From Eledone cirrhosa (Eukaryota): a stretch of 64,000 nucleotides of DNA. Shown here piece by piece: positions 55,801 through 64,000 of this stretch. The position numbers and the translations under genes are program-made. Each line of letters opens with the position of its first letter. Positions within the stretch are counted from its first letter, which is position 1. The notes beneath the pieces are model-generated. The model was not told where the DNA came from. It was given only the letters and a program-made list of their open reading frames with translations, and searched no databases. The DNA is taken from NCBI GenBank assembly GCA_964016885.1, contig OZ024742.1, positions 370,512,001-370,576,000 on the forward strand, given 5' to 3'.

Positions 55801-58800
55801 CCAGCCCACACTGTAAAGTGGTAATGTAGGTGTCACAATAAAAACACCGAGTCCACACTGTAAACTGGTCATGTAGGTGTCACAATCAAAAGTACACAGC
55901 CCACACTGTAAAGTGGTCATGTAGGTGTCACAATAAAAACTACCCAGTCCACACTGTGAAGTGGTCATGTAGGTGTCACAATAAAAAGCAACCAGTCCAC
56001 ACAGTAAAGTGGCCATGTAGGTGTCATAAGAAAAAGCACACAGTTCACACTGTAAAGTGGTCATATCAGTGTCACCAACAAAAGTACCCAGTCCACACTG
56101 TGAAGTGGTCATGTTGGTGTCACAATAAAAAGCACCCAGTCCACACTGTAACGTAGTCGTGTAGGTGTCATGACAAAAAGCACCCAGTCCACACTGTAAA
56201 GTGGTCATGTAGGTGTCACAATAAAAAGCACCCAGTCGACACTGTAAAGTAGTCGTGTAGGTGTCATGACAAAAAGCACCCAATCCACACTGTAAAGTGA
56301 TCATGTAGGTTTCACAATAAAAAGCAACCAGTACTCACTGTAAAGTATTTGTGTAGGTGTCACAATAAAATGTGCCCAGTCCACACTGTAAAGTGGTCAT
56401 GTAGGTTTCACAGTAAAAGTACCCAGTTCCACACTGTTAAGTGGCCATATAGGTGTCATAAGAAAAAGCACCCAGTCCACACTGTAAAGTAGTCGTGTTG
56501 GTGTCATGACAAAAAGCACCCAGTCCACACTGTAAAGTGATCATGTAGGTTTCACAATAAAAATACCCAGTCCACACTGTAAAGTAGTCACGTAGATGTC
56601 ACAATAAAAAGTAGCCAGTCCACACTGTGAAGTGGTCATGTAGGTGTCAAAATAAAAACTATCCAGTCCACACTGTGAAGTGGTCATGTAGGTGCCACAA
56701 TAAAATTTCCCAGTCCACACTGTAAACTGGTCATGTAGGTGTCACAATCAAAAGTACCCAGCCCACACTGTAAAGTGGTCATGTAGGTGTCACAATAAAA
56801 ACTATCCAGTCCACACTGTGAAGTGGTCATGTAGGTGTCAAAATAAAAAGCACCCAGTCCACACAGTAAAGTGGCCATGTAGGTGTCATAAGAAAAAGCA
56901 CCCAGTCCACACTGTAAAGTGGTCATATCAGTGTCACCAACAAAAGTACCCAGTCCACACTGTGAAGTGGTGATGTTGGTGTCACAATAAAAAGCACCCA
57001 GCCCACAGTGTAAAGTGATTATGTATGTTTCACAATAAAAAGCACCCAGTCCACACTGTAATGTATTTGTGTAGGTGTCACAATAAAATGTGCCCAGTCC
57101 ACACTGTAAAGAGGTCATGTAGGTTTCACAACAAAAAGTACCCAGTCGACACTGTAAAGTGGTCATGTAGGTGTCACAATAAAATTTCCCTGTCCACACT
57201 GTAAACTGGTCATGTAGGTGTCACAATCAAAAGTACCCAGCCCACACTGTAAAGTGGTCATGTAGGTGTCACAATAAAAACTATCCAGTCCACACTGTGA
57301 AGTGGTCATGTAGGTGTCACAATAAAAAGCACCCAGTCCACACAGTAAAGTGGCCATGTAGGTGTCATAAGAAAAAGCACCCAGTCCACACAGTAAAGTG
57401 GTCATATCAGTGTCACCAACAAAAGTACCCAGTCCACACTGTGAAGGGGTCTTGTAGGTGTCACAATAAAAAGCACCCAGCCCACAGTGTAAAGTGATCA
57501 TGTATGTGTCACAATAAAAAGCACCCACTTCACACTGTAAAGTAGTCGTGTAGGTGTCATGACAAAAAGTACCCAATCCACACTGTAAAGTGGTCATGTA
57601 GGTGTCACAATAAAAGCACCCAGTCCAAACTGTAAAGTAGTCGTGTAGGTGTCATGACAAAAAGCACCCAGTCCACACTGTAAAGTGATCATGTAGGTTT
57701 CACAATAAAAAGCACCCAGTCCTCACTGTAAAGTATTTGTGTAGGTGTCACAATAAAATGTGCCCAGTCCACACTTTAAAGTGGTCATGTAGGTTTCACA
57801 ATAAAAGTACCCAGTTCCACACTGTTAAGTGGCCATATAGGTGTCATAAGAAAAAGCACCCAGTCCACACTGTAAAGTAGTCGTGTAGGTGTCATGACAA
57901 AAAGCACCCAGTCCACACTGTAAAGTGGCCATTTAGGTGTCATAAGAAAAAGCACCCAGTCCCCACCTTAAAACAGTCGTGTAGGTGTCATGACAAAAAG
58001 CACCCAGTCCACACTGTAAAATGATCATGTAGGTGTCACAATAAAAATACCCAGTCCACACTGTAAAGTAGTCACGTAGATGTCACAATAAAAAGTAGCC
58101 AGTCCACACAGTAAAGTAGTCATGTAGGTGTCACAATAAAATGTTCCCAGTCTACACTGTAACGTGGTCATGTAGATGTCATGACAGAAAGTATCCAGTC
58201 TATACTGTAAAGTGTCCTTGTACGTGTCACAATAAAAAGCATTCAGTCCATACAGTAAAGTGGTCATGTAAGTGTCACGACAAAAACGACCCAGTCCACA
58301 CTGTAAAGTGGTCATGTAGGTGTCACAATAAAAAGCACCCAGTCCACAGTGTAAAGTGGTCATGTAGGAGTCACAATAAAAAGCACATAGCCCACACTGT
58401 AAATTGGTCATGTAGGTGTCACAATAAAAAGTACCCAGTCCACACTGTAAAGTGGTCATGTAGGTGTCACGACAAAATGTACAAAGTCCACACTGTAAAG
58501 GGTTCATGTAGGTGTCACAATAAAATGCACCCAGTCCACAACGTGAAGTGGATATGTAGGTGTCATGACAAAAATCACCAAGTCCACACTGTAAAGCGGT
58601 CATATCAGTGTCACCAACAAGAGTACCCAGTCCACACTGTGAAGTGGTGATGTAGGTGTCACAATAAAAAGCACCCAGCCCACAGTGTAAAGTGATCATG
58701 TATGTGTCACAATAAAAGCACCCAGTCCACACTGTAAAGTATTTGTATAGGTGTCACAATAAAATGTGCCCAGTCCACACTGTAAAGAGGTCATGTAGGT

Positions 58801-61800
58801 TTCACAACAAAAAGTACCCAGTCGACACTGTAAAGTGGTCATGTAGGTGTCACAATAGAATTTCCCAGCCCACACTGTAAAGTGGTAATGTAGGTGTCAC
58901 AATAAAAACACCGAGTCCACACTGTAAACTGGTCATGTAGTTGTCATGACAAAATGTACAAAGTCCACACTGTAAAGTGGTCATGTAGGTGTCACAATAA
59001 AATGCACCCTGTCCACAACGTGAAGTGGTCATGTAGGTGTCATGACAAAAATCACCCAGTCCACACTGTAAAACGGTCATGTAAGTGTCACAATAAAAAG
59101 CACCCAGTCCACACTGTAAAGTGATCTTGTAGGTGTCACAATTAAAAGCACCCAGTCCACACTGTAAAGTGGTCATGTAGGTGTCACAACAAAAATACCC
59201 TGTCCACACTGTAAAGTTGTCATGTAGGTGTCACAATAAAAATTCCCAGTCCACACTGTAAACTGGTCATGTAGGTGTCACAATCAAAAGTACCCAGCCC
59301 ACACTGTAAAGTGGTCATGTAGGTGTCACAATAAAAACTATCCAGTCCACACTGTGAAGTGGTCATGTAGGTGCCACAATAAAAAGCACCCAGTCCACAC
59401 AGTAAAGTGGCCATGTAGGTGTCATAAGAAAAAGCACCCAGTCCACACTGTAAAGTGGTCATGTAGGTTTCACAACAAAAAGTACCCAGTCGACACTGTA
59501 AAGTGGTCATGTAGGTGTCACAATAAAATTTCCCAGTCCACACTGTAAACTGGTCATGTAGGTGTCACAATCAAAAGTACCCAGCCCACACTGTAAAGTG
59601 GTCATGTAGGTGTCACAATAAAAACTATCCAGTCCACACTGTGAAGTGGTTATGTAGGTGCCACAATAAAAAGCACCCAGTCCACACAGTAAAGTGGCCA
59701 TGTAGGTGTCATAAGAAAAAGCACCCAGTCCACACTGTAAAGTGGTCATATCAGTGTCACCAACAAAAGTACCCAGTCCACACTGTGAAGTGGTGATGTT
59801 GGTGTCACAATAAAAAGCACCCAGCCCACAGTGTAAAGTGATCATGTATGTGTCACATTAAAAAGCACACAGTCCACACTGTAAAGTATTTGTGTAGGTG
59901 TCACAATAAAATGTGCCCATACCACACTGTAAAGAGGTCATGTAGGTGTAACAACAAAAAGTACCCAGTCGACACTGTAAAGTGGTCATGTAGGTGTCAT
60001 GACAAAAAGTACCCAGTCCACACTGTAAAGTGGCATGTAGGTGACACAATAAAAAGCACCCAGTCCACATTGTAAAGTGGTCATGTAGGTGACACAATAA
60101 AAAGCACACAGTCCTCACTGTAAAGTGGTCATGTATGAGTCACAATAAAAAGCACCTAGTCCACACTGTAAAGTGGTCATGTAGGTGTCACAATAAAATG
60201 CACCCTGTCCACAATGTGAAGTGGTCATGTAGGTGTCATGACAAAAATCACCCAGTTCACACTGTAAAGCGGTCATGTAGGTGTCACAATAAAAAGCACC
60301 CAGTCCACACTGTAAAGTAGTCATGTAGGTGTCATGATAAAAAGCACCCAGTCCACACTGTAAAGTGATCTTGTAGGTGTCACAATAAAAATAACCAGTC
60401 CACATTGTAAAGTGGTCATGTAGGTGTCACGACAAAAATACCCAGTCCACGCTGTAAAGTGGTCATGTAGGTTTCACAATAAAAAGCACCCAGTCCACAC
60501 TGTAAACTGGTCATGTAGGTGTCACAATCAAAAGTACCCAGCCCACACTGTAAAGTGGTCATGTAGGTGCCACAATAAAAACTACCCAGTCCACACTGTG
60601 AAGTGGTTATGTAGGTGTCACAATAAAAAGCACCCAGCCCACAGTGTAAAGTGATCATGTATGTGTAACAATAAAAAGCACCCAGTCCACACTGTAAAGT
60701 ATTTGTGTAGGTGTCACAATAAAGTGTGCCCAGTCCACACTGTAAAGTGGTCATGTAGGTGTCACAATAAAAGTACCCAGTTCCACACTGTTAAGTGGCC
60801 ATATAGGTGTCATAAGAAAAAGCACCCAGTCCACACTGTAAAGTAGTCGTGTAGGTGTCATGACAAAAAGCACCCAGTCCACACTGTAAAGTGGTCATGT
60901 AGGTGTCACAATAAAAAGCACCCAGTCCACACTGTAAAGTATTTTTGTAGTGTCACAATAAAATGTGCCCAGTCCACACTGTAAAGTGGTCATGTAGGTT
61001 TCACAATAAAAGTACCCAGTTCCACACTGTTAAGTGGCCATATAGGTGTCATAAGGAAAAGCACCCAGTCCACACTGTAAAGTAGTCGTGTAGGTGTCAT
61101 GACAAAAAGCACCGAGTCCACACTGTAAAGTGGCCATATAGGTGTCATAAGAAAAAGCACCCTGTCGACACTGTAAAGTAGTCGTGTAGGTGTCATGACA
61201 AAAAGCACCCAGTCCACACTGTAAAGTGGTCATGTAGGTTTCACAATAAAAAGCACCCAGTCCACACTGTAAAGTTGTCAGGTAGGTGTCAGGACAAAAA
61301 GTACCCAGTCCACACTGTAAAGTGATCATGTAGGTGTCACAATAAAAATACCCAGTCTACACTGTAAAGTGATCATGTAGGTTTCACAATAAAAAGCACC
61401 CAGTCCACACTGTAAAGTAGTCGTGTAGGTGTCAAGACAAAAAGCAACCAGTCCACTCTGTAAAATGATCATGTAGGTGTCAAAATAAAAATAACCAGTC
61501 CACACTGTAAAGTGATCATGTAGGTTTCACAATAAAAAGCACCCAGTCCACACTGTAAAGTGGTCATGTAGGTGTCACAATAAAAAGTACCCAGTCCACA
61601 CTGTAACGTGGTCATGTAGATGTCATGACAGAAAGTATCCAGTCCATACTGTAAAGTGGTCTTGTACGTGTCACAATAAAAAGCACCCAGTCCACACTGT
61701 AAAGTGGTCATGTAGGTGTCACAATAAAAAGCACCCAGTCCACAGTGTAAAGTGGTCATGTAGGTGTCACAATAAAAAATACCCAGTCCACACTGTAAAG

Positions 61801-64000
61801 TAGTCATGTAGGTGTCACAATAAAAAGTAGCCAGTCCACACAGTAAAGTAGTCATGTAGATGTCACAATAAAATGTGCCCAGTCTACACTGTAAAGAGGT
61901 CATGTAGGTGTCACAACAAAAAGTACCCAGTCAACACTATAAAGTGGTCATGTAGGTGTCACAATAAAAAGCACCCTGTCCATACTGTAAAGTGGTTATA
62001 TAGGTGTCATACAAAAAGTACCCAGTCCACACTGTAAAGTAGCATGTAGGTGACACAATAAAAAGCACCCAGTCCACATTGTAAAGTGGTCATGTAGGTG
62101 ACACAATAAAAAGCACCCAGTCCTCACTGTAAAGTGGGCATGTAGGAGTCACGACAAAAAGTACCCAGTCCACACTGTAAAGTGATCATGTAGCTGTCAC
62201 AATAAAATGCACCCAGTCCACAATGAGAAGTAGTCATGTAGGTGTCATGACAATAATCACCCAGTCCACACTGTAAAGCGGTCATGTAGGTGTCACAATA
62301 AAAAGCACCCAGTCCACACTGTAAAGTAGTCGTGTAGGTGTCATGACAAAAGGTAGCCAGTCCACACTGTAAAGTGATCTTGTAGCTGTCACAATAAAAA
62401 GCACCCAGTCCACACTGTAAAGTAGTCGTGTAGGTGTCATGACAAAAAGCACCCAGTCCACACTGTAAATTGATCATGTAGGTTTCACAATAAAAAGCAC
62501 CCAGTCCACACTGTAAAGTTGTCAGGTAGGTGTCACGACAAAAAGTACCCAGTCCACACTGTAAAGTGCTGTGTAGGTTTCACAATAAAAAGCACCCAGT
62601 CCACACTGTAAAGTAGTCTTGTAGGTGTCATGACAAAAAGCACCCAGTCCACACTGTAAAATGATCATGTAGGTGTCACAATAAAAATACCCAGTCCACA
62701 CTGTAAAGTGATCATGTAGGTTTCACAATAAAAAGCACCCAGTCCACACTGTAAAGTGGTCATGTAGGTGTCACAATAAAAAGTACCCAGTCCACACTTT
62801 AACGTGGTCATGTAGATGTCATGACAGAAAGTATCCAGTCCATACTGTAAAGTGGTCTTGTACCTGTCACAATAAAAAGCACTCAGTCCATACTGTAAAG
62901 TGGTCATGTAAGTGTCACGACAAAAACTACCCAGTCCACACTGTAAAGTGGTCATGTAGGTGTCACAATAAAAAGCACCCAGTCCACAGTGTAAAGTGGT
63001 CATGTAGGTGTCACTATAAAAAATACCCAGTCCACACTGTAAAGTAGTCATGTAGATGTCATGACAGAAAGTATCCAGTCCATACTGTAAAGTGGTCATG
63101 TAGGTGTCACAATAAAAAGCACCCAGCCCACAGTGTAAAGTGGTCATGTAGGTGTTACAATAAAAAATACCCAGTCCACACTGTAAAGTAGTCATGTAGA
63201 TGTCACAATAAAAAGTAGCCAGTCCACACAGTAAAGTAGTCATGTAGGTGTCACAATAAAATGTGCCCAGTCTACACTGTAAAGAGGTCATGTAGGTGTC
63301 ACAACAAAAAGTACCCAGTCAACACTATAAAGTGGTCATGTAGGTGTCACAATAAAAAGCGCCCAGTCCATACTGTAAAGTGGTTATATAGGTGTCATGA
63401 CAAAAAGTACCCAGTCCACACTGTAAAGTAGCATGTAGGTGACACAATAAAAAGCACCCAGTCCACATTGTAAAGTGGTCATGTAGGTGTCATGACAAAA
63501 ATCACCCAGTCCACACTGTAAAGCGGTCATGTAGGTGTCACAATAAAAAGCACCCAGTCCCCACTGTAAAGTAGTCGGGTAGGTGTCATGACAAAAAGTA
63601 GCCAGTCCACACTGTAAAGTGATCTTCTAGCTGTCACAATAAAAAGCACCCAGTCCACACTGTAAAGTAGTCGTGTAGGTGTCATGACAAAAAGCACCCA
63701 GTCCACACTGTAAAGTGATCATGTAGGTTTCACAATAAAAAACACCCAGTCCACACTGTAAAGTTGTCAGGTAGGTGTCACGACAAAAAGTACCCAGTCC
63801 ACACTGTAAAGTGCTGTGTAGGTTTCACAATAAAAAGCACCCAGTCCACACTGTAAAGTAGTCGTGTAGGTGTCATGACAAAAAGCACCCAGTCCACACT
63901 GTAAAATGATCATGTAGGTTTCACAATAAAAAGCACCCAGTCCACACTGTAAAGTGGTCATGTAGGTGTCACAATAAAAAGTACCCAGTCCACACTGTAA
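37879..64000. repeat. Satellite array B: head-to-tail 48-bp monomer GTCCACACTGTAAAGTGGTCATGTAGGTGTCACAATAAAAAGCACCCA, ~545 copies, continues beyond the right window edge
   Basis: 48-bp periodicity with frequent 47-bp monomers, mostly from A-tract length changes. The consensus is 44% GC, A-rich on + (17 A, 10 T) and has no CpG. Monomers are more diverged from each other than in array A. The array starts mid-monomer at CATGTAGGTGTC (37879). Confidence 0.99.
41450..43000. repeat. Duplicated ~0.45-kb monomer cassette at offset 1,091 within array B
   Basis: Both copies carry the private 7-bp deletion CGAGTCCACACTGGTCATG (41491/42582) and the GTCCGCAC variant. ORF ends pair at 41796/42887. Confidence 0.85.

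Noticed and set aside
37864-63961. Minus-strand Cys-rich ORFs (QCGLGAFYCDTYMTTL) resembling LRR or Cys-repeat proteins, and + strand CHNKKHPVHTVKWSCR resembling zinc fingers
   Set aside because: These are translations of the 48-bp monomer, broken every few hundred bp by 47-bp monomers and stops. They lack correct C2H2 or LRR spacing and any non-repetitive domain.
1-64000. Telomeric repeat, rDNA spacer, tRNA-derived array or a named satellite family
   Set aside because: There are no TTAGGG-like G-rich units, no rRNA or tRNA sequence and no pol III A/B boxes. I do not recognise either monomer, and a Dfam/Repbase/BLAST search is needed to assign family or species.
1-64000. Arrays A and B as inverted copies of one another (large palindrome centred on the junction)
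   Set aside because: AT skew flips, but the reverse complement of the 36-mer (GTCACCAGTAGAAGCAATGTGACAGTATAAGACCAG) does not align with the 48-mer beyond GTCAC. The better similarity is on the same strand.

Overview
The window is almost entirely satellite DNA, most likely from an animal genome. I found no credible genes, RNA genes, transposases or CRISPR loci. Positions 1-37825 are a tandem array of about 1,050 copies of a 36-bp monomer (CTGGTCTTATACTGTCACATTGCTTCTACTGGTGAC). A unique 53-bp spacer (81% AT, 37826-37878) follows. Positions 37879-64000 are a second array of about 545 copies of a 48-bp monomer (GTCCACACTGTAAAGTGGTCATGTAGGTGTCACAATAAAAAGCACCCA). All ORFs in the track are translations of these monomers, whose lengths are multiples of 3. 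The interesting signals are structural. (i) The two satellites share a co-oriented ~21-bp core, TGGTCwTrTAs(G)TGTCACAwT. (ii) The 36-mer is a hidden dimer of ~18-bp halves, and recurrent variants convert one half into the other. (iii) The 36-bp array has nested multi-kb duplications and a homogeneous young core. (iv) The 48-bp array is a mosaic of re-used monomer cassettes. (v) Both arrays show CpG-decay signatures. All alignments and offsets were done by eye, so block boundaries are approximate. The sequence alone does not demonstrate a new biological system.
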